Below, piece after piece: positions 28,689 to 39,400 of a DNA stretch of 64,000 nt. The stretch's first letter is position 1. Each line of letters opens with the position of its first letter. Source of the stretch: Candidatus Latescibacterota bacterium (GTDB taxonomy: Bacteria; Latescibacterota; UBA2968; UBA8231); NCBI GenBank assembly GCA_022820485.1, contig JAJEFJ010000099.1, positions 34,942-98,941 of the forward strand. The letters are read 5' to 3'. The notes below the pieces were generated by a model. That model searched no databases. It saw only the letters and a list, made by a program, of their open reading frames with translations, and was not told the origin of the DNA. The translations under genes were made by a program, and so were the position numbers.

Positions 28689-29768
28689 ATGAATTTAACT
28701 AGGCTGGTTTGGGCGGGTGCATTAGCCGCGCTGGTGTGGTGTGCGCCGGCCATTGCCGAATCCCTGACCGTGGTATCTTGGGGTGGTTCGTATGCACGCG
28801 CCTGCGTAAAAGGCTATCACGAGGCGTTTACGGAAGAGACGGGCATTGAAGTTCGCCTAGAGGACTACAACGGCGGCCTCGCCCAATTGCGCGCCCAAGT
28901 GGATGCCGGGGCCGTGCATTGGGACGTGATAGATATGGAACTCGCCGATGCCATGACCGGCTGCGACGAGGGCCTGCTCGAAGTGCTGGACCTTGAACTG
29001 CCTCTTGGGGCGAATGGCGAATCGCCCGCGGACGATTTTTACCCAGAAGCTATGGGCGAATGCGGCGTTGGCACGTTGTTCTACTCGACCGTCTATGCGT
29101 ACCACGCGGAGCATTTTAAGGAGCGCAAACCAGAGACCATCGCCGATTTTTTCGACCTTGAGGGGTTCCCGGGCCGGCGTGGGATGCGGCGCGTGCCGCT
29201 CGTCAACTTGGAGTTCGCCCTGATGGCCGACGGAGTGCCTCGGGAGGAGGTGTACGCTACCCTCGACACGCCCGAAGGGGTCAATCGCGCCTTCCGCAAG
29301 CTCGATACCATCAAAGATCAGGTGGTTTGGTGGGATGCGGGTGCGCAGCCGCCGCAGATGCTCGCCGATGGCGAAGTGGTGATGACCACCGCGTACAATG
29401 GACGCATCTTCAACGCGCAGATCTTGGAAAAGCAGCCGTTTACTATCGTCTGGGACGGTCAGGTGCTGGACACGGGCCAGCTCGTCATTGCGGCGGGTGC
29501 GCCGAATTTGGCGGCTGCGCGCAAGTTCCTCACCTTTGCGGCGCGGCCGTCGTCCATGGCCGGCGTGGGCCGCCACATCGCCTATGCGCCAGCGCGTCGT
29601 TCGGGCATGGACCTGATCTCGGTCCACGCTGAGACCGGCGAGGAGATGGCCCCGCACATGCCGACGTATCCAGCTAACGCGGCGGCAGCACTGCGCAACG
29701 ACTGGCGCTGGTGGAGCGACAACATGGACGAGATGAACGAGCGCTTCAGTGCTTGGCTGGCGCGCTAG
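28689..29768 (+). CDS. Periplasmic/extracellular solute-binding protein (PotD/PotF-like)
   Basis: 359 aa with a signal peptide. LTVVSWGGSYARA...WDVIDME...VVMTTAYNGRI is typical of polyamine-type binding proteins. Confidence 0.65.
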   Translation: MNLTRLVWAGALAALVWCAPAIAESLTVVSWGGSYARACVKGYHEAFTEETGIEVRLEDYNGGLAQLRAQVDAGAVHWDVIDMELADAMTGCDEGLLEVLDLELPLGANGESPADDFYPEAMGECGVGTLFYSTVYAYHAEHFKERKPETIADFFDLEGFPGRRGMRRVPLVNLEFALMADGVPREEVYATLDTPEGVNRAFRKLDTIKDQVVWWDAGAQPPQMLADGEVVMTTAYNGRIFNAQILEKQPFTIVWDGQVLDTGQLVIAAGAPNLAAARKFLTFAARPSSMAGVGRHIAYAPARRSGMDLISVHAETGEEMAPHMPTYPANAAAALRNDWRWWSDNMDEMNERFSAWLAR

Positions 29769-29792
29769 TAGCGGGAAAAGCTGTTTGATAGT

Positions 29793-29830
29793 GGGCCGGG
29801 GCATCTGTATTTGCCTCGGCCCGTTTTTTA
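29793..29830 (+). terminator. Rho-independent terminator-like hairpin between convergent genes
   Basis: gggccgggg (29793..29801) pairs with cctcggccc (29814..29822) with one mismatch, across a 12-nt loop. It is followed by gtttttta. Confidence 0.55.
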
Positions 29831-30664
29831 TAATTCGGCGAAAATAGCCTCTATGTCAGCCGTCTTTTTCCACTTGGCGAATTCTTTGTCCATCTTGGGC
29901 GACCACTTGCGATCCACTTCCCCGGGCGTGTAGCGGCCGTCGGCAATGCTCTTCTTGCCCCAATAGTCGCGCAGGCGGGTGTTTTCGGAGGACTCCACGA
30001 CCTCGCGGGCGTATTGCGGCGGCACGAAAATCACGCCCGTGGGGGTCGCCAGCACGATATCGCCCGGCATACAGGTCGCCTCACCTACCCGCACCGGACC
30101 GTTGATCTCGGCCATGGTCACCTCGCCGATGGCCGAGGGATGCAGCCCCTTGCAGAGCACGTTGATCGGCAACTGGCGCACGCGGTGATCGTCGCGGATG
30201 CCGCCATCGACGACTAGGCCCGTACCGCCGGTGTTGGCTGCGATCGCCGTGCCGAGATTGTCGCCGATAAAGGTCCCGCGCAGCACTTTGCCGAACAGAT
30301 CGACGACCAACACGTCGTTGGCGACCAAAGTGTCGATGACCCAGCTATTTTGGCCGCCGATCCGACCGCGCCGCTCACCTTCGGCATTGACGACGTCGTT
30401 GAAGTCGGGCCGGTGCGGGATGTAGCGGGCCGTTACCGCGCGGCCGACTAGCACGCGGCTTGGATGCAGGTTGATCCAGTCGCCTTCGAACTGGAACGCA
30501 TGTCCCTTGCCCATCAGTACGCCCCAGGCTTCCTCGACGGTCACCCACTTCATCCGCTCGACGATATCGTCGTCGACTTTGGGCCGCCCGTCGCGAAAGC
30601 GCGGGCCTGTGTACGCGCTCGTTATGTTCTTTATTTTGCTCGGTGCGTTGAGTTCAAACGCCAT
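29828..30664 (-). CDS. RraA-family protein (RraA / HMG-CHA aldolase-like)
   Basis: ATG at 30664 preceded by GAAGGAG (the track ORF runs to 30748). GDNLGTAIAANTGGTGLVVDGGIRD is the family core. Confidence 0.7.
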   Translation of the reverse strand: MAFELNAPSKIKNITSAYTGPRFRDGRPKVDDDIVERMKWVTVEEAWGVLMGKGHAFQFEGDWINLHPSRVLVGRAVTARYIPHRPDFNDVVNAEGERRGRIGGQNSWVIDTLVANDVLVVDLFGKVLRGTFIGDNLGTAIAANTGGTGLVVDGGIRDDHRVRQLPINVLCKGLHPSAIGEVTMAEINGPVRVGEATCMPGDIVLATPTGVIFVPPQYAREVVESSENTRLRDYWGKKSIADGRYTPGEVDRKWSPKMDKEFAKWKKTADIEAIFAEL

Positions 30665-30769
30665 GGTCGCTCCTTCGATGAAATAAAAAAATGGCCGCGC
30701 ATCCTTTGCGGACCGCGACCAAGCTAATACATCTCGTCCGAGCGTCAACCCGGCGAAAGGGTAGAATGG

Positions 30770-31198
30770 CTAAAAGGGGAGGTCGTCGTGGTTGGGACCG
30801 GCCGCAGGGGCCGCGGCGAGTTCGTGGCTGTTGCCGTTGCCATTGACTGCAACGGCCTCGGCGGCCCGCTCTGCGCCGAGCATTTTCATGGTGATGGCGA
30901 CGATCTCGGTGGTCTGGCGCTTCTGACCTTGCTGATCTTCCCAAGAGCGCGTTTGCAGCTTGCCCTCGATATAGACTTTGCTGCCCTTTTTTAGGTACTG
31001 ACCAGCGATTTCGGCGAGGCGCCGCCACAAGACGATGCGGTGCCACTCGGTGCGCTCTTGGCGCTGCCCGTCCTTGTCGTTCCACGACTCGCTGGTGGCC
31101 AAGCTGAAGTTGGCAACCTGAGCGCCGCTGGGGGTAAAGCGGGTCTCGGGATCGGACCCTAAGTTGCCGATGAGTAAGACTTTGTTGAGACTCGACAT
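30770..31198 (-). CDS. ssb: Single-stranded DNA-binding protein
   Basis: ATG at 31198. [39 protein letters not shown]...TEWHRIVLW...[19 protein letters not shown], with the acidic tail DDLPF. Confidence 0.9.
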   Translation of the reverse strand: MSSLNKVLLIGNLGSDPETRFTPSGAQVANFSLATSESWNDKDGQRQERTEWHRIVLWRRLAEIAGQYLKKGSKVYIEGKLQTRSWEDQQGQKRQTTEIVAITMKMLGAERAAEAVAVNGNGNSHELAAAPAAGPNHDDLPF

Positions 31199-31199
31199 A

Positions 31200-31409
31200 T
31201 TACTGCTCCTTTCGGTTGTGCAGGCTGAGAGGAGCCTGCTTCCACTCGCTGCGCTGACGGCGCTTGCGCGCTTGGGGCGTCTCAATGCCGTAGCGGCGAC
31301 AGAGGCGGCTGAAACTGCCCGGGGCAATGCCCAAGGCCGAGCCGGCGTCGTGGTTGCTAGCATAGATCCGCGCAGCGCGTTCGATGCGATCTTTGGCGAT
31401 AGGCGGCAT
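31200..31409 (-). CDS. Small basic protein with a possible helix-turn-helix
   Basis: 69 aa, AAGGAG upstream of the ATG, stop abutting the ssb start. [21 protein letters not shown] looks HTH-like. Confidence 0.4.
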   Translation of the reverse strand: MPPIAKDRIERAARIYASNHDAGSALGIAPGSFSRLCRRYGIETPQARKRRQRSEWKQAPLSLHNRKEQ

Positions 31410-31456
31410 GAAGTTTCTCCTTTTGTGCCAGGCTTCGACCTGAGCTCAGCCGAAGG

Positions 31457-31600
31457 TTAGGTGAGATAGCGGAAAACGGGAAAGCTCCAGACGACGAAGA
31501 TTGCTCCTGTGCATAGCGGCCCCAGTCGGCTCACTTGGCGCTGGGTGCGCTTGTTTTTGCTCACTTGGCGCAAGGTGTGAAATGCAAAAATTGGGTTCAT
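31457..31600 (-). CDS. Possible 47-aa small protein with a hydrophobic C-terminal helix
   Basis: Hand translation: MNPIFAFHTLRQVSKNKRTQRQVSRLGPLCTGAIFVVWSFPVFRYLT*. AGGAGA lies about 8 nt upstream. Below the track's size cutoff. Confidence 0.3.
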   Translation of the reverse strand: MNPIFAFHTLRQVSKNKRTQRQVSRLGPLCTGAIFVVWSFPVFRYLT

Positions 31601-31628
31601 TGCTCTGCTCTCCTGTGGCCAGCGGCTA

Positions 31629-31712
31629 TTAGTTGAGAAGCGGCTTCACCGCGAATACAAAGAGGCTGACGAGGGCGTACATCAGGCCCTGACTGATGAT
31701 CTCGCGTCGCAT
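31629..31712 (-). CDS. Possible 27-aa hydrophobic peptide
   Basis: Hand translation: MRREIISQGLMYALVSLFVFAVKPLLN*. AGGAG lies about 9 nt upstream. Confidence 0.25.
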   Translation of the reverse strand: MRREIISQGLMYALVSLFVFAVKPLLN

Positions 31713-32059
31713 GTGGTTTTGCTCCTGGCGATGTGGTCTGTAGTGCTCGGTTTTCCAACGCAAAAAAGGCCCTTTTTTACTTCGATTACCTGCACAAAAA
31801 GATAGTAAACATTTGTATATAAGTCAAGAAATTTGCCCCGTTTTTTTGCCTCATTTTACGGGGCATTTTCCATCTAACCAAAAAACAATAACTTATTGAT
31901 ATAAAAAAACTTTTTTAGTTTAATAAATTTCCATTAAGATATGATAAAGCGAATAGTATCCCGGTCTGCAAACGCGGTAGTGCAGTGCAGTGCTTTGTTT
32001 GTTAGATTATGGGCACTGATGGCACAACGGCTACGAGCCTACGAGAAAGGAGAAAAGCC

Positions 32060-32473
32060 ATGAGTACAGTACTCGTCCACATTGGCGTCCGGGCCACGGA
32101 CCTCGAAAAAACCATCCGCTTTTGGCGCGACGGCCTCGGCCTGCCCGTGGTTTCGACCCACGGAAGCTGCTACGACCTCAGCGATGGTCACCACAACTTC
32201 CGGGTCTTTCAGCACAACGGCCCGGACCGTCCGTCCCACGTCAGCGGGATGCTCGACTATCTGCACATCGGCGTGCGGGTGCCCGACCTCGAAGAGACCG
32301 GCCGCCGCCTATTGGATATGGGCTATGAAATTTTTTCCGATGGTTTGGGCGGCAAGGAGCCGATCGATGTCCACAACATCAGCGAAGGAGCCTTCAAGGT
32401 CGAAGACCCAGACGGCATTACCGTAGATGTGACGGCCAGCGACGACCAATGGCCCGGTGCAGTCCTCAAATAA
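32060..32473 (+). CDS. VOC/glyoxalase-family protein
   Basis: ATG at 32060 preceded by AAAGGAG. HIGVRATDLEKTIRFWRDGLGL ... LHIGVRVPDLEETGRRL are the paired beta-alpha-beta-beta-beta modules. Confidence 0.7.
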   Translation: MSTVLVHIGVRATDLEKTIRFWRDGLGLPVVSTHGSCYDLSDGHHNFRVFQHNGPDRPSHVSGMLDYLHIGVRVPDLEETGRRLLDMGYEIFSDGLGGKEPIDVHNISEGAFKVEDPDGITVDVTASDDQWPGAVLK

Positions 32474-32515
32474 CCCGACGACACGCCAATACCTACCCCT
32501 AATTGAGAGGATCTA

Positions 32516-33913
32516 ATGCCAGCTAAAAAGCCCAACGTCATTCTCTTCGGCATCGACAGCCTGCGCGCCGATCACATGAGTTGTTATGGCTACCACCGCC
32601 AGACCACGCCCCACATCGACCGCTTTGCCGCCGATGCCGTGCTCTTTGAAAAGAACTACTCGGCCCACATCCCCACGACTTCGGCCTACGCCTCCATGCT
32701 CACTGGCCTCGACTGCTTTGGCACCAGCGTCGTTGCCCTGCGCCACCAAGGCGGCTTGCCCGAGCGCATCCGCACCCTCCCCGAAATCCTGCGCCAGAAC
32801 GGCTACGACACCTCGTGCGTCGGCTTTAGCGGCAATCCCAGTTCGCGCGGCTTTGACCGCTATTTCGACTATGCCAGTTGGGGTTCGTTTGCCGAAGGCC
32901 GCAGCCCCAAGGCCGAAAACCTCAACCAAGTTGCCATTCCCGAACTGGAACGGCTAGCGCAAGCCGAGCAGCCGTTTTTCCTCTTCTTGCGACACATGGA
33001 TCCGCACGCCCCGTATCTGCCGCCAGCCCCCTTTGAGCGGATGTTTTACAGCGGCGACGAATTCGACCCAACAAACCAGAGCATGGAGCCGGTGTTTAGC
33101 TTCAAACCCTTCTGCGACTTCTTTGCCGATTGGATGCCGCCGGGGGTGCGCGACCGCCACTACGTCGATGCCCAATACGACGGTGCCGTCGCCTATATGG
33201 ACGCCTGCATCCAGCGCATCCTCACTCGCGTCGAAGAGCTGGGCTTGAGCGACGATACCTTAATCGTCATCAACGGCGATCACGGCGAGACCCTGTACGA
33301 GCACGAGTGCTGGTACGACCACCACGGCATGTACGAAAACACGCTGTACGTGCCGCTGATCATCCGCCTACCCGGTGCGCTGCCGGCTGGCGAGTGCGTC
33401 TCTGGTACCACCTTGCACCAAGATTTGGTGCCGACCATCCTCGAACTCCTCGACATCCGCACCGATATTGCCTTCGACGGCCAGTCGCTACTGCCGCTGG
33501 TCGCAAGCGAGAAAGCCTCCAACTACTCGGACTTTTACATCACCGAATGCACTTGGATGCGCAAGCACGGCTGGCGCACCCCGGAGTGGAAGCTGATGGT
33601 CGCACTAGAGCCGGACTTCCACTTCAAGCCCGAAGTCGAGCTATACAACTTGGTCGCCGACCCGCTGGAGTTGAAAAACTTGGCCAAAAAAGAGCCGGGG
33701 ATTGTTGCCGCGCTGAAGGAGCGGATGGAGGCGTGGATCGCCAAGCGCGAGCGGGAGACAGGCGAGATTAACCCGATGTACACCAATTTGCAATGGCACG
33801 GCGCGAAGACGCACGAGGGGCCGTTTGAGACTTCGCAACAGGCGTACGACACGCTGCACATTGGTTCGGTGGGGGCGGCAGACAAATTGCAGGCGGGTAA
33901 TAAAAAGAAATAG
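32516..33913 (+). CDS. Sulfatase-like hydrolase/transferase (alkaline-phosphatase superfamily) lacking the C/S-x-P-x-R signature
   Basis: 465 aa. PNVILFGIDSLRADHMSCYGY and INGDHGE are sulfatase-fold blocks. The position of CxPxR reads HIPTTSAYASMLTG. Confidence 0.75.
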   Translation: MPAKKPNVILFGIDSLRADHMSCYGYHRQTTPHIDRFAADAVLFEKNYSAHIPTTSAYASMLTGLDCFGTSVVALRHQGGLPERIRTLPEILRQNGYDTSCVGFSGNPSSRGFDRYFDYASWGSFAEGRSPKAENLNQVAIPELERLAQAEQPFFLFLRHMDPHAPYLPPAPFERMFYSGDEFDPTNQSMEPVFSFKPFCDFFADWMPPGVRDRHYVDAQYDGAVAYMDACIQRILTRVEELGLSDDTLIVINGDHGETLYEHECWYDHHGMYENTLYVPLIIRLPGALPAGECVSGTTLHQDLVPTILELLDIRTDIAFDGQSLLPLVASEKASNYSDFYITECTWMRKHGWRTPEWKLMVALEPDFHFKPEVELYNLVADPLELKNLAKKEPGIVAALKERMEAWIAKRERETGEINPMYTNLQWHGAKTHEGPFETSQQAYDTLHIGSVGAADKLQAGNKKK

Positions 33914-33996
33914 TAGCAGCGCCATGCGTTCTTGTGCAGGTTGCGCCCGCTCCCATATTCTCTATGAGTGGGCGCAACTTATAGAGGAGAGTTACT

Positions 33997-34557
33997 ATGA
34001 CTACGCAACCGCAGAAGCGTCCCTTCACAGTCAGCGAATACTACCGCATGGCCGAGACTGACATTCTCACCGAGGAGGATCGCGTTGAGCTTATCGCCGG
34101 GCAGATCGTCGCCATGAGCCCCATTGGCAGCCGCCACGCCGCTTGCGTAAAACGCCTCAATGTATTGATGGGAAAAATGGTCGGGGATTCCATGTTGATC
34201 GGCGTCCAAGACCCCATCACCCTCGACGCGTACTCGGCCCCCGAACCCGACCTAGTGCTACTCCGTCCCCGCGCCGACTTCTACGCGGCGGCCCATCCAT
34301 CGGCAGCCGATGTGCTGCTGGCCATTGAAGTCGCCGACACGTCGGCCGACTACGACCGCGAGGTCAAGCTGCCTCTCTACGCTCAAGCTGGTCTTCCCGA
34401 AGTGTGGCTGATCGACCTGCAAAAAGGCCGCATCGAAGTGTACGCCCGGCCCCAAGGCGGCGCGTACCAACAGCGCATCGAAGTCACAGCCGACGCTACC
34501 CTCATCTCGCCGACGATCCCCCAGCTCGCATTGGCCGCTGCCGACGTGTTGGGTTGA
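33997..34557 (+). CDS. Uma2-family (DUF820) endonuclease
   Basis: 186 aa. FTVSEYYRMAE...VELIAGQIVAMSP...PEPDLVLL...LAIEVADTS...DREVKLPLYAQAGLPEVWLIDL. Confidence 0.85.
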   Translation: MTTQPQKRPFTVSEYYRMAETDILTEEDRVELIAGQIVAMSPIGSRHAACVKRLNVLMGKMVGDSMLIGVQDPITLDAYSAPEPDLVLLRPRADFYAAAHPSAADVLLAIEVADTSADYDREVKLPLYAQAGLPEVWLIDLQKGRIEVYARPQGGAYQQRIEVTADATLISPTIPQLALAAADVLG

Positions 34558-34559
34558 TG

Positions 34560-35705
34560 TTACGCTTCCTCTTTCCACGCCCAATCCAACCACGGGACTA
34601 GCGCTTCGATGTCGCTGGTTTCCACGGTGGCTCCTCCCCAGATCCGCAGGCCGGGCGGCGCGGCGCGATAGCCGTTGATATCGTAGGCGACGCCCTCGTC
34701 CTCTAGCGTGGCGACGAGTGCTTTGACCTTTGCCCGCTGCGCGTCCTCAGTTAAACCGGCAAACCACGCATCGGCGATCCGCAGGCAAATTGACGTACTA
34801 GAGCGAATCTCCCGCCGTGCGGGCAAAAACGCGATCCATTCGCTTGCGGCTTCCCACTGCTCTAGCACCGCGAGGTTGGCCTGCGTGCGCCGCACGAGTT
34901 CGGGCAAGCCGCCGATGCTCTCGGCCCAGCGCAGCCCGTCGAGCGCGTCTTCTACGCACAGCAGGGAGGGCGTGTTGATGGTGTCGCCCTTGAACAGGGC
35001 CTCGTTGAGCTGGCCGCCTTGGGTCATGCGGAAGAGCTTGGGCAAGGGCCAAGGCGGCGTGAAGCTGAGGAGCCGCTCGACTGCGCGCGGGCTGAGGATG
35101 AGCATTCCGTGTGCGGCCTCGCCGCCCATGACCTTTTGCCAAGAGTAGGTTACTACATCGAGCTTTTCCCAGGGCAGATTCACGGCGAAGACCACGGATG
35201 TCGCGTCGCAGATGGTCAGGCCCGCGCGGTCGGCGGCGATCCACTCGCCGTCAGGCACCTTCACCCCGGAGGTCGTGCCGTTCCACGCAAAGACTACGTC
35301 GCGGTTGCAGTCAACTTGAGACAAGTCGGGCAACTGTCCAAAGTCCGCGTCGAAGACGCGCACATCTTCTAGGCCTAAGTGTTGGGTGATGTCCGTCGCC
35401 CACCCCTTGCTGAAGCTCTCCCAAGACAGGACATCGACGCCGCGTGCGCCAAGCATCGACCACAGGCACATCTCTACGGCACCTGTATCTGAACCCGGCA
35501 CTACGGCCATGCGGTAATCGGCCGGTACGCCTAGAAGTGTACGCGACCGCTCAATGACTTCTTGCAGCTTGGCCCGCCCGATTGTGGCGCGATGCGAGCG
35601 TCCTACGGCCGCGTCTTTTAGGGCCGCAAGATTCCATCCCGGGCGCTTGGCGCAAGGGCCGGAAGAAAAACAGGGATTTTGCGGTTTAACGGCTGGCTTG
35701 GTCAT
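34560..35705 (-). CDS. serC: Phosphoserine aminotransferase (long SerC form)
   Basis: 381 aa. [18 protein letters not shown]...GRSHR...SWQKVMGGE is the pattern of the about 380-aa serC class. Confidence 0.75.
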   Translation of the reverse strand: MTKPAVKPQNPCFSSGPCAKRPGWNLAALKDAAVGRSHRATIGRAKLQEVIERSRTLLGVPADYRMAVVPGSDTGAVEMCLWSMLGARGVDVLSWESFSKGWATDITQHLGLEDVRVFDADFGQLPDLSQVDCNRDVVFAWNGTTSGVKVPDGEWIAADRAGLTICDATSVVFAVNLPWEKLDVVTYSWQKVMGGEAAHGMLILSPRAVERLLSFTPPWPLPKLFRMTQGGQLNEALFKGDTINTPSLLCVEDALDGLRWAESIGGLPELVRRTQANLAVLEQWEAASEWIAFLPARREIRSSTSICLRIADAWFAGLTEDAQRAKVKALVATLEDEGVAYDINGYRAAPPGLRIWGGATVETSDIEALVPWLDWAWKEEA

Positions 35706-36467
35706 CTACTCGGTCCGCGCCAGCATTCCGCCATCTACGGTCAACGCAGTTCCGGTTATAAAGGACGCCTCGTCCGAAGCGAGGAATAGCACGGCGTTGG
35801 CGATATCTTCGCCCGTGCCCAAGCGCTGGGCCGGCACCATCTGGGCGTAGCGCACGCGCTCTTCCTCCGGCACTTGTAGATCATCCCACAGGGGCGTCAA
35901 GATTGCGCCGGGCAGCACCGCGCAGACGCGGATGTCTGGCCCGTAGTCAATGGCGAGGGTCCGCGTCAGGCCCAAAACTCCGGCCTTGGCCGCGTCGTAG
36001 GCCGTGGCCGTGGCAAAGCTGACCAGCGAATGCACCGAGCCGGTGTTGATAATCACGCCGCCCCCAGTTTTGCGCATGATTGGGATGCCGTATTTAGCGG
36101 CGAGGAAAATCGCCTTCAAGCCGATGTTCAACGTGCCGTCCCAATCTTTTTCGTCGAGCTCGGTCGCCGGGCCGTGGCGGAACCATATTGCGTTGTTGTG
36201 GACGATATCTACGCGGCCAAAGGCTTCTTCGGTGCGTGCGAACATCTCGATGACCTCGGCAGACTCGCCCACATCGGTGCAGACGAAAATGGCTTCGCCG
36301 CCATCGGCGTTGATTCTATCGACGACCTGCTGGCCGCCATCGGCGTTGACATCTGCCACGCAGACGGACGCGCCTTCGTGCGCCAGAACTTGAGCGGTGA
36401 CTTCCCCGATTCCCGAGGCTGCGCCTGTTACAATGGCCGCTTTACCGGCGACCCGATCCTTGTTCAT
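35706..36467 (-). CDS. Short-chain dehydrogenase/reductase
   Basis: 253 aa. VTGAASGIGE (TGxxxGxG), NNA, and YDAAK (YxxxK). Confidence 0.85.
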   Translation of the reverse strand: MNKDRVAGKAAIVTGAASGIGEVTAQVLAHEGASVCVADVNADGGQQVVDRINADGGEAIFVCTDVGESAEVIEMFARTEEAFGRVDIVHNNAIWFRHGPATELDEKDWDGTLNIGLKAIFLAAKYGIPIMRKTGGGVIINTGSVHSLVSFATATAYDAAKAGVLGLTRTLAIDYGPDIRVCAVLPGAILTPLWDDLQVPEEERVRYAQMVPAQRLGTGEDIANAVLFLASDEASFITGTALTVDGGMLARTE

Positions 36468-36482
36468 AGTTGATCTCCTGTT

Positions 36483-39400
36483 TCAGAAGTTGGATATGCT
36501 GTCTGTAAATATTCTCTTCATGTAGTCGTATTGCTCGTTGCGCTCGGCGAACAGAATATGCGCGTCGGTAAACCGCGTCTTATCCCAATTACCATCGTCG
36601 TATCGCTTATGAAGGTCGTGGTAAGACGTTGCGGAAACGATGTACGAGTCTAGCGTCACGTCCTGATGCTGACTCCTCGCGCCGGTCTCCTTCGCCAATT
36701 CCGGCAGCCTTTCGTGAAGTCGCGCCTTGTCGTCGTGCAGGTATGCGTTTGCGTGGAGCATTCCGTGCGGCTCAACAAAGACGATGTGCTGTTTCTTACC
36801 CTTTTTGATCCAGAGGATGAAATCGGGATAGAAGCCGCTCGTCTCAAAGAAGCCAACGCCAGCACCGCGACTTAGATTCCGCAGGAGGAACACTTCTATC
36901 CCGGCGAGGGATTGGTCGGATTCGGCTGTCCAATAGGCTTTCACATCCCTGACGAACCGCTGTTCGTTCTCGTTCAACGCTGGGGGTGCGCTCTTTACTT
37001 TATCGCCCTTCTCAATCAACAGAGGCTGATAGAGATGCCGGTCAAAGTGAAAACGGGGCAACTCCTCTGTTTCTTCTGCGTATAGCCGCTCACCTTCATC
37101 GATCAGCTTTTCAATCTCGTCGATTAATGCGTGTTCGGATTGCCGGATGCTGACCACGTATTGGCCCTTGGCCTCCGGCTCTCGGCTAAAGCTCAAATTC
37201 GGATCACGCTCGTCGAGGGGCTTATAGATCATCCGCTCCGACTCCCAACGCTCCCGCCGTACCCGATAGAAAGCGTCCACGTACTTCCGCAAAATACAGG
37301 TTGCGGCCTCTTGTAGGCGATCCACATCCTCAATCGACTGTGGCCGGACGACCGACTCTTCGGCAATCAGACGGTACTGACCGTCGTCCGCGATAATCTG
37401 TCGTGGTACATCCGGCTGCACGATCAAGTTGTCGCGGCCTTTCTGCTCTTTGTATTCGAGTAGGTCGAGATACGCCTGCTCCCAATCAATCAAGGATAAA
37501 CTTTTTGAGGGAATAGACTGCTCGGCACCTGAGTGGGCTCCAACCCCGGCGAGGCCGGTAGGGTCGCTTTCTAAGGCTTGGACCTTCAAGGACATATCGA
37601 CACGCACCGTCACGTCATGGTCGGGCTCCAGGCGAATATCTTCCTCCTTGGCGAAGTCGCGCTCGTCTGGCACTCTGGGTATCACCAATCCCTTTTGTAG
37701 CAAGCTCTCATTGGGACGAATGAACAGCGGCAGTTCCCGGTATGCTTCGGTCTCTACGCCTTCCCGCTCCAAGTAATTACGGAATTTATCCATGTAGTTG
37801 GCACGCACTGCGAAGATGTTGAGCGTTTCCAGCAAGCCAATGTGATTCGGGTGGTTGCCGTCGTCTAGCGCTGCGCTCCGCTTGAGACTAGCGCCTTTGC
37901 CTCGCAGGCGCACCCCGCGCCCGAAGAGCTGGATGATTTCCGAGCCCTCGCTGCGGCCGATGTTCAGCAGACCCATATTCGAGACGCGCCAAGAGTTCCA
38001 GCCCTCCATGAACTTCTTCGCGCCAATCAGGACCTCAATCTTGGTATGCGGTCCATTGATGCCATCGAACAGGGAGCCAGCCAGTGCGTCCTCCTCCAGC
38101 GTTAGACCGGCGTCGTCGGACTCTACTAGATTCTTGAATGCGCTAATATCGCCGATGTAGATGAGACCGAAGTAGGATTGGGCACCGCTTGCCTTGAGAC
38201 CCAATTCGCCAGCGGCCCCTCGGATCGCGCACAAGTGCAATCCGCCGCCGGCCGGGACGTGGAATACCTTTTCTAGGATGTCTTGGTATATCCCATCGGG
38301 GGGCTGTTCCATTGCCCGCAGGTACTTGAATTTCTCCGCAAACACGTCCAGGCCGTCTGGTGCGATCAAACCGCTCTCGCCTTTGACGAGTCGCTCAATG
38401 ACCGACAGCACCCAGCCACCTTTGTTCTCCAGAACGCGATGTAGGAACCGCGCCACCGTCAGCACGTCGCTATGTTTCTGCTTCTTCTTGGAATACACCG
38501 CGTTCACTGTGCTACCCACGAAGACCCACAGCGGCCGTTCCAAGTGATAAGGTCGCAACGCTTGGGCGTGCTCGGCGAACACGCATTGCTGTTCGTAGAA
38601 CGACAGTAGGTTGCCGAGCAAAAGCGTCTCTGTCGCCTCCTCGGTCGTCTCCTCCAAGAGGTTGAGCACGCGGAAGTCCTTGCCGTACCCGTCGCCGTGG
38701 AAGTAGCGGTACGAGTAGTCAAAGACGATGGCTTTCCCGTACTCCACCGTAAGCTCGTTCTTACTCGCCGCGCTCAGGGCTTGGCCGAACGTGGCACTAT
38801 ATTCAAAGGTAAAGCCGCGCTCGCCTAGTGCGTCGCGAAAGCTGCGCCATGCTTCGCCTCCCGATCCTTTGTGCCCTTCATCGACGAAAATCAGGTTGTT
38901 GCCCTCGAATGCCTCGACGGGTACGCTCACACCGCCGCCGCGCTTTTGCTCAACCAGTTTGGTTATCTCAATGACCCGGACCACGTCGTTTGCGTCCATC
39001 ATCAGACCGCTCTCGTCGAGGTCGAATCTCCGGCAGGGGATATCCGAGGCCGTCATCTCTTCGAGATGCTGATCGCTTAGCCCCTCGTTGGGGGTAATCA
39101 GCAGAACGTTGTCTAGGGGCTGATTATTGTAGTACAGGAATTGGCGGTAATTGAAGTGCATGATGAGGGTTTTACCGCTGCCGGTCGCCATCCAAAAGGC
39201 TAGTTTTTTAAGGTCGGATTCAGAAAACGGCTCACCGGCATCGCGCTCAACGACAAACTCGTTCAGAGAGCGGAGCATCTCTCCCCGGTGGTTGAAGTAT
39301 CCATCGAGGAACACTTCCGCGTAGAGCGCCGCCAAGTACTGGAAGTAGCGCAAGGTAATCGGCTCGGAGCGGCGGGCGTTTATGGCGTGCAGATGGTTGC

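Noticed and set aside
31790-31990. The AT-rich region near ssb as a replication origin.
   Set aside because: I could not find DnaA-box-like 9-mers (TTATCCACA or its complement), and there is no dnaA or dnaN nearby. AT-richness alone is insufficient.
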